DNA of 64,000 nt, taken from the NCBI GenBank assembly GCA_963666285.1, contig OY762711.1. One strand, given 5' to 3'. The position numbers and the translations under genes are program-made. Position 1 is the stretch's first letter. Each line of letters begins with the position of its first letter. The notes under the pieces are model-generated. The model saw only the letters and a program-made list of their open reading frames with translations. It did no database searches and was not told where the DNA came from. This DNA comes from Sedimentisphaerales bacterium. GTDB taxonomy: Bacteria; Planctomycetota; Phycisphaerae; Sedimentisphaerales; SM23-30. Positions 30,867 through 41,700 of this stretch are shown piece by piece.

Positions 30867-33101
30867 TTACTTAACCTCTTTTAACAGCTCTTGATACAAA
30901 CCGGTATCCACTCCCCAGCTCATATTGGGTTTTTGCCCCATTACAAGCTTAAGGTGGCCGCCATTAACCAGGTCACTGTGAGTAAACCATGGGCCGACCA
31001 GTTCCTTGCCATTTAGATAGGCTTTCTGGATATACTTATTAGTTTCAGAGCATCCAGGAGCAGAAATAGTAAACTGCTTGCCGTTCGGCAGGTCAATTGT
31101 GATTTTCTCAAATACCGGGCTGCCGATGGTATAGATTGGCAAACCAGGAGTTACCGGATAGAAGCCCATACAGGAAAAGACTACAAATGCAGTCATACCA
31201 CCACCGTCTTCATCGCCGGGGATACCAAATATATTGTCCGGGAACCAGGCATTCAACAGCATGCGAATCTTCTTTTGAGTTTTCCATGGTGAATCAGTGA
31301 AATTATATAAATACGGGATGTGGAAACTTGGCTCATTACCCATGGAAAACTGACCGACTATGCCGGTGAAGTCAGGGAACTTGGCCCAGGTTTCATACTT
31401 ACTGCGAGGCAGCCCCTGTCGGAACAACTGGTCAAGACGGCCTTCAAACCTGTCTTTACCACCCATCAGACCGATCAAACCGGCAACATCATGCTGGACC
31501 TGCCAAAGGTATGTCCAGCCGTTATTCTCATCGTAGTAATCTCTGCCACCCATACCGCCGTCAAAGGATGGATCAATGTTAATCCACTCGCCTTTGTCGT
31601 TTTTCGGCATGAAGAAACCTTTTTTGTCCCAATAGAGATTCTTATAGTTATTAGCACGTTCGGCAAACAGCTCGGCATCTTCTTTGTAGCCTAGCTCGTC
31701 AGCAAACTCTGACAGCGCCCAATCGTCATAACTATGGCCAAGAGTAATAGCTACTGACTGACGTTTTTCCCAGCCGTGAACTTCTTTTACAGTTTCTTTT
31801 TCGCCTGGTGCCAGTGCCGGATAATATCCCTTTTCGGCATAGAATCGGTCCAGCGAACAGGCCGGTCCATTTTTCCAAGGCAGCATAGTAGCTTCCAGGG
31901 CATTTTTCTTCATCGCTTCGTAGGCAAGATCTTTATCGATCCCCTTGACACCCTTACGGTAACCATCAAGGATCATAATAGTAGAATGAAAACCGTTCAT
32001 ACAAGGGTTATCCTTGGTCAGAATCGGGAATTGCGGCAGCCAGCCGCATTGCTGATACATATGCAGGTAGGAGTCGATCATATCTGACTCTACCTCAGGC
32101 TGCAGTACGACACGCAGCGGATGGTGGGCCAGGTAGGTGTCCCATACCCAGTCATCAACATAAAACGGACGATCCGCCTTATGTACCTTTCCATCATAAT
32201 TACTGTAATATCGATCGCCTTCGGTAATATCAATCATTCGCTCATAGCAGCGATACAAAGCGGTATAAAAAGTACGACGTCTAGCCTCTGTACCACCTTC
32301 AACCTGGATCTGGTCAATTACTTTTGACCATGCTTTCCGGGCGTCATTCTTTACCTGTTCAAACGATTTGCCGGCAATTTCAGTATCGAAGTTTGCCTTT
32401 GCCTGTTCCGGGCTGATAAAAGAAATGGCATATCTGAATTCAATGACATCACCAACATTTTTATCAAACTCAGCGGCAACTAATTCCCTGTTGCTGTCGC
32501 CTGACAGCTTTTTAAGCTGAAAGAATTTATTGAACCGGCCGTACATATAGGCTTTCATACCATCGAATTCTTCAACTCCGGTAACAGTATCCTCATTTAC
32601 CTGCTGGAAACTGCCGCTGCCCTGATGGATCATCAGCTGGACTCTCTTTTCAGAACCCTCATGGAATGTCATCCTGAAAATAGCAGTATTAGCACCGGGA
32701 GCAAACTCCGAGGTAACATTATAATCTACCAGCCAGACTGAATAATAATACGGCGTAGAAATTTCGTTTTCAGCATCCCAGGCCGAAATTCCGCGATGAT
32801 GCTGATCGCCAACACCAGGCATAATGCCAAAGAGCATACCATGGCGATGAGATTTGAGTGTTAAAGAAAAAGATCGAATCTGGTCATCCAGATAATCCCT
32901 TCGATCAGGGTACATCCTGATCATCTTATTAGGAAGCTGAACAGTCGGTCTGGTCGGCTGTAGAATATGGCCGACACCACCAATACTGGGATCAACATAA
33001 GGCAGATTGTCTGCCGCCTGAGCCGAAAGAGATAACGTAAACAATAGTGCCGCCAACACCAAAAACTGCCTGAAAAGGCTGCGCATAATAAATTTATCCA
33101 T
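30867..33101 (-). CDS. GH92 alpha-mannosidase
   Basis: YVDPSIG, FYTALYR, WDTY, ENNGWTY, MGNEPSFHIPYLY, PGDEDGGGMTAF. Confidence 0.93.
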   Translation of the reverse strand: MDKFIMRSLFRQFLVLAALLFTLSLSAQAADNLPYVDPSIGGVGHILQPTRPTVQLPNKMIRMYPDRRDYLDDQIRSFSLTLKSHRHGMLFGIMPGVGDQHHRGISAWDAENEISTPYYYSVWLVDYNVTSEFAPGANTAIFRMTFHEGSEKRVQLMIHQGSGSFQQVNEDTVTGVEEFDGMKAYMYGRFNKFFQLKKLSGDSNRELVAAEFDKNVGDVIEFRYAISFISPEQAKANFDTEIAGKSFEQVKNDARKAWSKVIDQIQVEGGTEARRRTFYTALYRCYERMIDITEGDRYYSNYDGKVHKADRPFYVDDWVWDTYLAHHPLRVVLQPEVESDMIDSYLHMYQQCGWLPQFPILTKDNPCMNGFHSTIMILDGYRKGVKGIDKDLAYEAMKKNALEATMLPWKNGPACSLDRFYAEKGYYPALAPGEKETVKEVHGWEKRQSVAITLGHSYDDWALSEFADELGYKEDAELFAERANNYKNLYWDKKGFFMPKNDKGEWINIDPSFDGGMGGRDYYDENNGWTYLWQVQHDVAGLIGLMGGKDRFEGRLDQLFRQGLPRSKYETWAKFPDFTGIVGQFSMGNEPSFHIPYLYNFTDSPWKTQKKIRMLLNAWFPDNIFGIPGDEDGGGMTAFVVFSCMGFYPVTPGLPIYTIGSPVFEKITIDLPNGKQFTISAPGCSETNKYIQKAYLNGKELVGPWFTHSDLVNGGHLKLVMGQKPNMSWGVDTGLYQELLKEVK

Positions 33102-33540
33102 TACTAAACCTTTACGATAAATAAACTTAACTACATTTGGACAAATTGTTCTTACAATTGCTTTTTTGTCCGGTTATTACATTAACTTTGCATTTTAATT
33201 CTTTATAAAAGATAGATTCTAATTAATTAGCGTAAAACATTCAAGTTTTATCCTCTTACACATAACTGCCAAATTATTTTACTATTATAACTATGCCATA
33301 TTTACAAAGTGCCAATGAAAGTTATATATCTACTCTGCAATGAGATACACTCTGATAAAACAGGTGAACAGTCAGCCGCCTGAACTAAACCATTCCTTCG
33401 GCACACCAAACTGTAAAACCTTATTGTCAAACAACTTAAAAACAAAGACGTTATTGATCAAATATTAATCTAAATATATGTCATTTTTTTTCAAAAAAAC
33501 TGGTACCTTCTGAGATATGTATATGGAATAATTAAAACTT

Positions 33541-34059
33541 ATGGATAGTCAGGAAGATAAAAATCAGCACTTCATGCAGCTTTTTTTAACGAGCCAGCGT
33601 CGATTGTATAGTTATGTTATGACAATGGTCGCCAGTCCGACCGATGCTGACGATATTGTACAGGATGTGGCTTCGGTTATGTGGAAAAAGTTCGATGAAT
33701 ATGAACCCGGTACCGATTTCACTGCCTGGGCAATCAAAATCGCCAAGTACAAACTCTATAACTATTACAGAGACAAGGCTACGCATAACAAGAAGTTCAG
33801 CCAGAAAGGAATTGAAATTATTGAGAAAATAGAGTCCCGCCAGGCCGGCAAAGAGGATGCGAGGATTGAGGCACTAAAAAACTGCCTCAACAAGCTTAAA
33901 CAGACTGACCGTGAAATACTATCACTGCGATATGAAGAAGGTCAGACATTAAAAAAACTCTCCGGCAGGCTCGATCTCAATATCAATACCCTTTACAGTA
34001 AAATATCCAAACTTCATAACATGCTTTTGAATTGTGTTAAAAAGTCGATGCACGAATAA
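33541..34059 (+). CDS. ECF sigma-70 factor (planctomycete/verrucomicrobial type)
   Basis: DADDIVQD...WKKFDEYEPGTDFTAWA, LKNCLNKL, LRYEEG. Confidence 0.93.
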   Translation: MDSQEDKNQHFMQLFLTSQRRLYSYVMTMVASPTDADDIVQDVASVMWKKFDEYEPGTDFTAWAIKIAKYKLYNYYRDKATHNKKFSQKGIEIIEKIESRQAGKEDARIEALKNCLNKLKQTDREILSLRYEEGQTLKKLSGRLDLNINTLYSKISKLHNMLLNCVKKSMHE

Positions 34060-34061
34060 AT

Positions 34062-35762
34062 ATGGATGCAAACTCTAAAAAACGTTTATATATTTTGCTC
34101 AACGCGTTACGTGAAGATGTAATCACCAAGGAGCAATTTGCCGAACTTGACAATATCGTTTGCCAGGACGAACAGGCTGCCCTGGAATACGTGCGTTATG
34201 TCCAGTTGTGGACTGATATGCACTTTTTCCGCGCTGCTACAAACAATACCAGTTTAGGTGAGCTGTATACAGCAAGCGAAGAATGCCTCGAAAAAGACAA
34301 AGACCTTCAGTATTTGAAGTACCTGATAGATATGGAAAACAATGCACCGGCGTTGGAAACTCCAAAAGCAATCCCAGAACCCGAAGTCATTAAAGTAAGA
34401 CAAGAGCGTCCGATCGTAAAAAAAATCTCTCTGATATACAATACACTGATATATTCAGCTGCCATGCTATTGATTTCCCTATTAATTTTCGGTCACTATT
34501 CGGCAAAAAAATATGGTGTTCCTGCCGCACGGCTGACAGACATGATTAATACAAAATGGGGAAAGGGTACCAAATCATTTGCTATAAACGATCAATTATA
34601 TACCAACAAAAATCCTATGCGGCTGATTGACGGCATTGCAAAAATCGAATTTACCAGCGGTGTCAAGGTTGTAATTGAGGGCCCGGCAGTATTTGAAATC
34701 AACCGGGAAAGCATATTCCTGGAATATGGTCGACTTTATAGTAAGGTATCAGAAACGGGCCTGGGCTTCTCCGTTAAAACTTCTACCTCACAATTTGTTG
34801 ACCATGGTACAGAGTTCGGAATACTTGCCGAACAGAATGGCTCTTCTGAGCTTCATGTCATAAAAGGTAAAGTTCAGTTATTCGCCGGCACGGAAGGCAG
34901 CTCCAGGTACAGCCAGATGATCAAAGAAGATCAGGCAATATGCTACGATGTCGAAAACAACATTATCAACTCTATCCAGATTCAGAAAAAAGCTTTTGTC
35001 AGAGAGATTTCTTCTCAGAACCATATGATCTGGAACGGACAAGACATCAACCTGGCCGACATTGTTGGCGGCGGTAATGGTTTCGGGACCGGGGAAATCG
35101 GAAAAGGTATTTCACTTACCAACGGCTCGAACATTTCCGACTTTAACTGGATTGAACGTCAAGGCAGTACAGAGTATCACAAGGTTAACAACTCTCCGTA
35201 TATTGACGGAGTAATTGTACCTGACTCAGAAGACGGTCTGCTGCAGGTATCTTCGGCAGGACATACATTTAAAGAATGTCCGAATACCAGCGGAATATAT
35301 TATGATGATGTTCGTAATGGCGGAATGATCCACATCTCGGAAGCAAGAGATGCAGCAAAAGCGATATACACCCAGGAAACATCTCCTATGATGTTCAACG
35401 GTCAACAATATGGAACACAGTACAACCCGCTGCTGTTTATACATTCTAATGCATGTATTACCTTTGACCTGAACGCAATCCGCAGTTCTATGCCCGACTA
35501 TAACCTTACATCATTTAAAGCCGGCTGCGGGCTGCTGGAAAGACCTGAAATAGAAAGAATTGAAAAAGTCGACGTATTCGTTCTCGTTGACGGGAACGTT
35601 AAATTCGAGATCCTTGGCTTTGATCAAAACAACAAAGAGCTGCCGGTATATATCCCGCTGACAGAAAGCGACCAATATTTAACACTGGTAGTAACAGACG
35701 GCGGAGACGGTATCGCTATCGACTGGGTAGGCTTTATCGAACCGATACTGGAAGTAAACTAA
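34062..35762 (+). CDS. FecR-domain anti-sigma factor with C-terminal NPCBM/NEW2-like domain
   Basis: TM; GVKVVIEGPA, FVDHGTEFG, LHVIKGKV; C-terminal LTLVVTDGGDGIAIDW. Confidence 0.85.
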   Translation: MDANSKKRLYILLNALREDVITKEQFAELDNIVCQDEQAALEYVRYVQLWTDMHFFRAATNNTSLGELYTASEECLEKDKDLQYLKYLIDMENNAPALETPKAIPEPEVIKVRQERPIVKKISLIYNTLIYSAAMLLISLLIFGHYSAKKYGVPAARLTDMINTKWGKGTKSFAINDQLYTNKNPMRLIDGIAKIEFTSGVKVVIEGPAVFEINRESIFLEYGRLYSKVSETGLGFSVKTSTSQFVDHGTEFGILAEQNGSSELHVIKGKVQLFAGTEGSSRYSQMIKEDQAICYDVENNIINSIQIQKKAFVREISSQNHMIWNGQDINLADIVGGGNGFGTGEIGKGISLTNGSNISDFNWIERQGSTEYHKVNNSPYIDGVIVPDSEDGLLQVSSAGHTFKECPNTSGIYYDDVRNGGMIHISEARDAAKAIYTQETSPMMFNGQQYGTQYNPLLFIHSNACITFDLNAIRSSMPDYNLTSFKAGCGLLERPEIERIEKVDVFVLVDGNVKFEILGFDQNNKELPVYIPLTESDQYLTLVVTDGGDGIAIDWVGFIEPILEVN

Positions 35763-35881
35763 ATATTTTTCACACTAGTCAAAATTGTTTGACAGATAGT
35801 TAATGTGTAATTGTACAAAACATGGATGGATTTTTCCTTAAAGGATTTTGTTAACGTTTATTATTTTTGGAGGTTTAAGAG

Positions 35882-36448
35882 ATGAACAAGTATGTAAGTT
35901 TTTTGCTGGTAGTTTTATCAATGGCTTCTTCTGTCCAGGCAAACGTCATTTCAAACGGCAGTTTTGAAACCGGTGACACTGCAGACTGGTGGACCGAACA
36001 AACCGGTACTGCATCAGTAAGTATCGACAACACTATCGCATCTGACGGCGACTACAGCCTGCTGGCAGTTTCAACGGGAGACAACTGGACAGAAGAAGCC
36101 AGGTTCGGTCAGTATTTTGATTTCGCAGCAAGTGCAGAAGGCAACGAACTCATCGTTTCTTTTGACTATTATGCCGCCAGCGGAGGATTGATTGGCATTA
36201 ACCTTGATTATTACACCGATGGGAAACACTGGCTCGGATGGTCAGAAATCACACCGACTACAGATGAGTGGGTTAATGCTGAAATTACTTACGCTCTACC
36301 GACAGGAACAACTGCCATTGATTTGAAATTCATTGTTACCGGCGATTCAGCAATAAACTTCGATAATTTCAGTGCAACTGTACCGGAACCGGCATCTATG
36401 ATGCTTTTAGGGATTGGTGCTTTGGCTGCACTGAGAAAAAGGAAATAA
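35882..36448 (+). CDS. PEP-CTERM protein with carbohydrate-binding-like (CBM4/9-type) domain
   Basis: Signal peptide; NGSFETGD; C-terminal VPEPASMMLLGIGALAALRKRK. Confidence 0.9.
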   Translation: MNKYVSFLLVVLSMASSVQANVISNGSFETGDTADWWTEQTGTASVSIDNTIASDGDYSLLAVSTGDNWTEEARFGQYFDFAASAEGNELIVSFDYYAASGGLIGINLDYYTDGKHWLGWSEITPTTDEWVNAEITYALPTGTTAIDLKFIVTGDSAINFDNFSATVPEPASMMLLGIGALAALRKRK

Positions 36449-36479
36449 AATCGGAGATCTAATTTGTAAGTTTTAACCA

Positions 36480-36515
36480 GATTCTGCTGAGAACATTCAG
36501 GTTATCAGCAGAATC
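36480..36515 (+). other. Intergenic hairpin (mRNA stabiliser or partial terminator)
   Basis: GATTCTGCTGA...TCAGCAGAATC. Confidence 0.6.
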
Positions 36516-36631
36516 ATCTTTAAAAAACGATAAAGACTGGAAGATAATCAGTTATTTATGTTCACACAATTATGTAACAACACAGGAAGATGTTGTTATG
36601 ATCTAAATAATTTAAATTGGAGGTAACGGTT

Positions 36632-38506
36632 ATGAAAAAGTTCTTTTTGATGTTATTGGTATTTGCGATACCCGCTTTGGTACAGGCCGAGAACGTAATC
36701 ATCAATGGCAGCTTTGAAACTGGAGATGCTTCGGACTGGTGGACCGAGCAAACCGGCACGGCTGCTGTAAGCATTAGTGACAGCATGGCATCCAGCGGCA
36801 CTTATAGTCTTCTGGCTACTTCGGCAGGAACCAACTGGACAGAAGAAGCTCGATTCGGCAATTCCATTGAGTTCGAAGCCAGTGTCGAAGGAGATGAAAT
36901 CACTATTTATTTTGACTATTACGCTGTCAGCGGCGGACTCATTGGCATCAACATTGATTATTACACCGATGCCAAACACTGGCTCGGCTGGTCAGAAATT
37001 ACCCCTACTACAGGCGAGTGGGTTAACGCTGAAATCACTTACACACTCCCGACAGGAACATATGCCCTCGATGTAAAATTTATCGTTACCGGCGAATCCG
37101 AAATATACTTTGACAACTTTACAACAGACCCGTCTCCGATATCTCTTACCAGCCCGCCGGACGGAGATGAAATCGGTACAGACGTAACTCTGGAATGGAG
37201 CTACCTGGAAAATGTCGACACTATCGATCTGTATCTGGGTACCGAAGATGATCCCAACCTGACAGACGCTGCTTACCTGGTATTGAGCAACGAGCCTAGT
37301 ACAACATCTTCATACAGCACTACACTCGCTCCTGCAACCTATTACTGGAAAGTAGTAGGCTATATGGCAGACGGACAAGGCGGCACAATTTCTAAAGACA
37401 GCGCAGTATGGAGTTTCACTATCGTTGAAGCACCTGAGATTGTTACCATGACACCATACGGACAATCGGTGCCCGGTGATGGGAGTACCGATGCTACAAT
37501 CGCCGCTGCCGGATATAATCTCGATACCGCTTCAGCCATATGGAGTAAAAACGGTATCGAACTGAGCACCTCTGACCTGAATTACAGCGGAGCAGACTCT
37601 ACTACCCTGACCATCCACGATGTCACACTCGAAGATGAGGGTATTTACTCATGCCGGGTATATAACACCGAAGGAGAAGATACAGCTAACGCCGTTGTTG
37701 TTACCGAACGTTTAATAAGCTGGTGGAAACTGGACGGCAACCTGGATGATTCAGTTCAGGAAGCAGTGCCGGGAGCACAGGTATTCAACGGCACAGTTGA
37801 CCCGCAAACAGTATTCACTGCCGATGGCAGCGGACTAGACGGCGGCGATTCAGTAATTCTCGGCATTGACGATCCAAACTGCCCGTTCCTACAGATCGAT
37901 GGCACCGAGGAAATGTTCAATTTCTATGAAGATTCTTTAACAGTAAATGCCTGGATTCGAACATCATATGTCAGCAGTAGTGCATGGCCGGCGGTTATGT
38001 CGAAATCAAACGGCTCGAAGGGATACTTTGCCGCTTTGGATGGTGAAAGCCAGGCTCTGTCAGAAGTTGACGGCAACCGGGTTTACTCCAATATCCCGGA
38101 CCTCGCTGACGATCAGTGGCATATGGTAACAGTTACTTATGACGGTTCCATTCAAAAAGTATATGTTGACGGTAACCTGCGAGCTACCGGCTCTGCCGGA
38201 TTGGCTAACGCTTCCGGCAATGCTGCTCCAATAATAATCGGAGCATGGAACAGCACATCAGCAGACGCTGATTTTGACGGCAATATAGATAATGTCATGA
38301 TTTACAGTAAGGTTTTGACCGGCACAGAGATCGGCGAATTCTATGTCGCTAATCACCCTGGTGTTGATTCCATATGTAATTATGAATTGCCGGGACTGGA
38401 TTTTGACACTAACGGAAACTGCAGAATAGATATTGCTGATTTCGCAAACTTTGCCGCTACCTGGCTGAACTGCAACCTTATACCTGCATCAGCCTGTGAT
38501 AATTAA
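36632..38506 (+). CDS. Secreted CBM-like + Ig + LamG protein with C-terminal dockerin-like motif
   Basis: N-domain nearly duplicates the PEP-CTERM protein; Ig motif EDEGIYSC; LamG WHMVTVTYDG...VYVDG; DTNGNCRIDIADFANFAATWL. Confidence 0.85.
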   Translation: MKKFFLMLLVFAIPALVQAENVIINGSFETGDASDWWTEQTGTAAVSISDSMASSGTYSLLATSAGTNWTEEARFGNSIEFEASVEGDEITIYFDYYAVSGGLIGINIDYYTDAKHWLGWSEITPTTGEWVNAEITYTLPTGTYALDVKFIVTGESEIYFDNFTTDPSPISLTSPPDGDEIGTDVTLEWSYLENVDTIDLYLGTEDDPNLTDAAYLVLSNEPSTTSSYSTTLAPATYYWKVVGYMADGQGGTISKDSAVWSFTIVEAPEIVTMTPYGQSVPGDGSTDATIAAAGYNLDTASAIWSKNGIELSTSDLNYSGADSTTLTIHDVTLEDEGIYSCRVYNTEGEDTANAVVVTERLISWWKLDGNLDDSVQEAVPGAQVFNGTVDPQTVFTADGSGLDGGDSVILGIDDPNCPFLQIDGTEEMFNFYEDSLTVNAWIRTSYVSSSAWPAVMSKSNGSKGYFAALDGESQALSEVDGNRVYSNIPDLADDQWHMVTVTYDGSIQKVYVDGNLRATGSAGLANASGNAAPIIIGAWNSTSADADFDGNIDNVMIYSKVLTGTEIGEFYVANHPGVDSICNYELPGLDFDTNGNCRIDIADFANFAATWLNCNLIPASACDN

Positions 38507-38539
38507 AATGCAATCGAAAAATACATGAATAGGAGATTG

Positions 38540-38575
38540 CAGGGGATTCCCGGTTAAATGGGAATCCCTGTTTTT
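38540..38575 (+). terminator. Intrinsic terminator
   Basis: CAGGGGATTCCC...GGGAATCCCTG followed by T5. Confidence 0.8.
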
Positions 38576-38579
38576 ATTA

Positions 38580-38755
38580 GAGCACTTTAATATTTTCTGT
38601 TCCGATTTATGCCTCTGTGAGGACGAGGCTGATGAAGAAGAAAACACAGGAATATTGATATATTACGAGTATTTCTGATGAAGTCAGCCAAAGCCGCAAC
38701 AGGCAAAAAGCGAACACGCCACAAAGTGATGCGAAGCATAAAAATTAAATTGCTC
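38580..38755. mobile_element. 176-bp MITE, copy 2 (inverted relative to copy 1)
   Basis: TA|GAGCACTTTAAT...ATTAAATTGCTC|TA; reverse complement aligns with 19851-20026. Confidence 0.85.
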
Positions 38756-40185
38756 TAATCCGTAGAACTTATTTGCCATTCTTTCGGGATTGTATAATCA
38801 CCTTTGCCCGCATCATATGGGGGAATATTGTTTTTCGGTTGCAACTTGCGAAATTCCGTAAAATCAGCTATCAGTTTATTGACAGTATCCGGATATTCTT
38901 TTGATACATCTTTTTCCTCATTCGGATCGCTTGCTATTTTATATAGTTTGACATCATGAGCATCTTTACGGCCATTAATAAGACTAGGGCCGTGAACAAC
39001 AAGTTTCCACTGACCGGAAATAAATCCGACCCATTCATCATGCTCGCCAGACTGGCCATGATAGAAATATAAATTCCGGGCTGACAGATTATTTTCCTTG
39101 CCTGTTAGCAGCGGCACCAGGTCAACACCATCCAGCTTCTTGCACCCAACCTCATCCGAGGACAGCCCGGCAAGGTCCATCACGGTCGGCAGTATATCTA
39201 TAAAAGCAGTCGGAACAGTAACCTTTCGCCCGCCCGGGAAAAAATCAGGATATTTTACACAGGAAACCGTACGCACTCCGCCTTCAAAAGATGTCAGTTT
39301 CGAGCCATGCAGCGGTTTATTATTATCCCTGATATTGCCAACCCCGCCATTATCACTAAAGAACCAGACCAGGGTATTGTCCGCCTGGCCGGTAGCTTCC
39401 ACGGCATCGAGTATGCGGCCGACCTCATCATCCATTGCCGTTATCATGGCAAAATATATCTGCCTGTTCTTTCCTTTTATGTGCGAATATCTATCTATAT
39501 ATTCCTGGGGAGCCTGAAACGGCGAATGAGGAGCATTAAAAGGCACATAGCAGAAATACGGCTTACCTGACCTGACAGAGCGGCTGATAAAATCCGCGGC
39601 GGCTTTGCCGATAAGGTTTGTGGTATAACCCTGCTCATAATTTGACTGTTCATTATGATGCCAGTCAAGCTCACCTTCACGCTGATGGGTAAAGTAATCG
39701 ATCGCCCCGTTATAGCAGCCTAGAAACTCGGTAAACCCGCGGCTGCACGGATGCCATTTAACCTGCTGATGGCCGAGATGCCATTTACCGAATATGCCGC
39801 GGTTAACATAACCGGCCCTGGCCAGGGCCTCTGCGATAGTAACCTCTTCGGTATCCAGCCCAAAATTACGCCATGGCGGCACAACAGCACGTGCCATGCC
39901 GAACCGGATCGGATATCGACCGGTCATAAGCCCGGCACGAGTCGGCGAACACATCGGGGAAACATAAAAATTATCCAGCTCGATCCCGGCCTTACACAAC
40001 TTATCAATATTAGGTGTCTTAACTTCCGGGTTATGATAGCCTACCGCATTCCAGCCGAGATCATCGGCCAGGATAATAACAATATTTGGTTTGGCCGCAC
40101 CTCCGCCAGCAGCAATAACACTACTAACACCAAAACACAAAATTAACAGCAAAACAGCAAAACAATTTCTTTTTTTCATTTTCAA
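38755..40185 (-). CDS. Arylsulfatase (family S1, Cys-type)
   Basis: PNIVIILADDLGW, CSPTRAGLMTGR, GKWHLG, FNAPHSP, SDNGG. Confidence 0.95.
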   Translation of the reverse strand: MKMKKRNCFAVLLLILCFGVSSVIAAGGGAAKPNIVIILADDLGWNAVGYHNPEVKTPNIDKLCKAGIELDNFYVSPMCSPTRAGLMTGRYPIRFGMARAVVPPWRNFGLDTEEVTIAEALARAGYVNRGIFGKWHLGHQQVKWHPCSRGFTEFLGCYNGAIDYFTHQREGELDWHHNEQSNYEQGYTTNLIGKAAADFISRSVRSGKPYFCYVPFNAPHSPFQAPQEYIDRYSHIKGKNRQIYFAMITAMDDEVGRILDAVEATGQADNTLVWFFSDNGGVGNIRDNNKPLHGSKLTSFEGGVRTVSCVKYPDFFPGGRKVTVPTAFIDILPTVMDLAGLSSDEVGCKKLDGVDLVPLLTGKENNLSARNLYFYHGQSGEHDEWVGFISGQWKLVVHGPSLINGRKDAHDVKLYKIASDPNEEKDVSKEYPDTVNKLIADFTEFRKLQPKNNIPPYDAGKGDYTIPKEWQISSTD

Positions 40186-40326
40186 TACTCCTGGGTGACA
40201 AAAAACAATACCTTTTGTATTATTCTATACGAAACGGGAAAATGGGACAAAAAAATTATGTTTCTCATTAGATATCATCATAAAATCAGTATATTTGCTT
40301 TTTCATTACTAATGTTTTGGTTTATA

Positions 40327-41663
40327 ACTGAACTTTTGCAAAATTAGGGTAAAGCTAATTGTACTTTAATACGTTTAAAACTTGTTCCGTTGGATTCGAT
40401 TTGATCAACCACCCAAGCGATTGTATTGCTGAGAGTTTCTCGCATAACTGCCATACAAGATTGTCCTATGGTCGTCAGGCGTTCTCGTGCCCATTCACAC
40501 ACACGGTTCTGCTGCATTTGAGTCAAAAGTACGCTATACGCCAGAAACACCATGTACATGTGTCTTGTCTGACCCAGGCCGCTTCTAAGCTGACAGTCGC
40601 CCATGCCCAAATACTGCTTGCCGTCTCGATGAAAGCACTCTGTGCCTTGCCAGCGGCAGCGATAGACCTTCAGGATACGAATCGCTTCCCAGTTGCATCG
40701 ATTGCAAACCAGAATCTTTTTAGGTTCAATATCATTCTTTTTATGCCAGATAATCAGGATACGTACTTTGTGGTCTACACCAGGAATCCTGATACTTTTA
40801 GTAAAGTAATATTGGCGATGCTTGCCAATAGTTATGAGTTTTTTGATTTCAGGGTCAATAGATTTGGCTACTTCTTCAGCCTTTATTACTTTGCCCTGAA
40901 ATATAGTCTTACGATTTGTTTTCAAATCACCAACATAATTACGTTCATACTGGTTTATATGGTTAAGGTTGTCGCTATGGGTAAACCAGCTATCGAAGGT
41001 AAAGTCACCGGGAATATCGTTAGCTACAGTCCAGTCAACCAGATTGCGGAAAAGGATATTATGATCCTGAAATTCAATGCCCCGTTCCAGACAATCTTCT
41101 TTTTTGACAAATCTGTAAAACTCCAAAGGATAATGTTTCCCGGAATTACAGACATAATTGGCTATCAGGTAATCATGGGCTATTTTATTACGTTGATCTG
41201 CATGATCCCAGAAATATCCTACATCCTCAATATGTTTACCACTATGGTCTATCAGAACATTATCAAGGGCAATAACCCCAGAATCGCTATATCTGGTTTT
41301 AGGGTCTTTCTGCAGCCACTCCAGTCTGGCAGTGTTAAGCGATTCTTCGTCCCATTCAACATCGGTGAGAAACCGGTTGAGACAGGATTGATCAGAGGCA
41401 AATGCAAATTCCCTGTTGATGGCAGAGACGTTTTTCTTGCGGGCAATGATAAGACCGGTGATATACTCAGCAAAATGACGACGTTCAGGCTCATTTTGAA
41501 AATGATCGCCAAATTCATCGACAGCTTGCTGGACTACTGTAGGGTATTGTACTATAGCTGGCATACCAAAATCCTTTCTGGGTTTTCGGAGTGCTCTGCT
41601 ATCAAATTTTATCGGTCTATACCACATTTTAACGTTAATTTTTTAATTTTGCAAAAGTTCAGT
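40327..41663 (-). mobile_element. IS701-family insertion sequence
   Basis: Perfect inverted repeats ACTGAACTTTTGCAAAATTA / TAATTTTGCAAAAGTTCAGT, flanked on both sides by TATA (likely target duplication); single DDE transposase. Confidence 0.9.
40344..41564 (-). CDS. IS701-family DDE transposase
   Basis: YITGLI..RKKNVSAI, LNRFLTDVEWD, ALDNV, FDSWF, YRCRWQGTECFHRDGKQYLG; stop codon lies inside the IR. Confidence 0.9.
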   Translation of the reverse strand: MPAIVQYPTVVQQAVDEFGDHFQNEPERRHFAEYITGLIIARKKNVSAINREFAFASDQSCLNRFLTDVEWDEESLNTARLEWLQKDPKTRYSDSGVIALDNVLIDHSGKHIEDVGYFWDHADQRNKIAHDYLIANYVCNSGKHYPLEFYRFVKKEDCLERGIEFQDHNILFRNLVDWTVANDIPGDFTFDSWFTHSDNLNHINQYERNYVGDLKTNRKTIFQGKVIKAEEVAKSIDPEIKKLITIGKHRQYYFTKSIRIPGVDHKVRILIIWHKKNDIEPKKILVCNRCNWEAIRILKVYRCRWQGTECFHRDGKQYLGMGDCQLRSGLGQTRHMYMVFLAYSVLLTQMQQNRVCEWARERLTTIGQSCMAVMRETLSNTIAWVVDQIESNGTSFKRIKVQLALP

Positions 41664-41700
41664 TATAATTTATCGAAAATATGACATTTTAGTATTGTTT

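Noticed and set aside
35940..37120. Duplicated domain as a DGR TR/VR pair
   Set aside because: Both copies are coding and the differences are mostly synonymous at all four bases.
40359..41684. 441-aa ORF antisense to the IS701 transposase
   Set aside because: Mirrors the transposase frame, has no recognisable motifs and runs past the IS end; most likely a shadow ORF.
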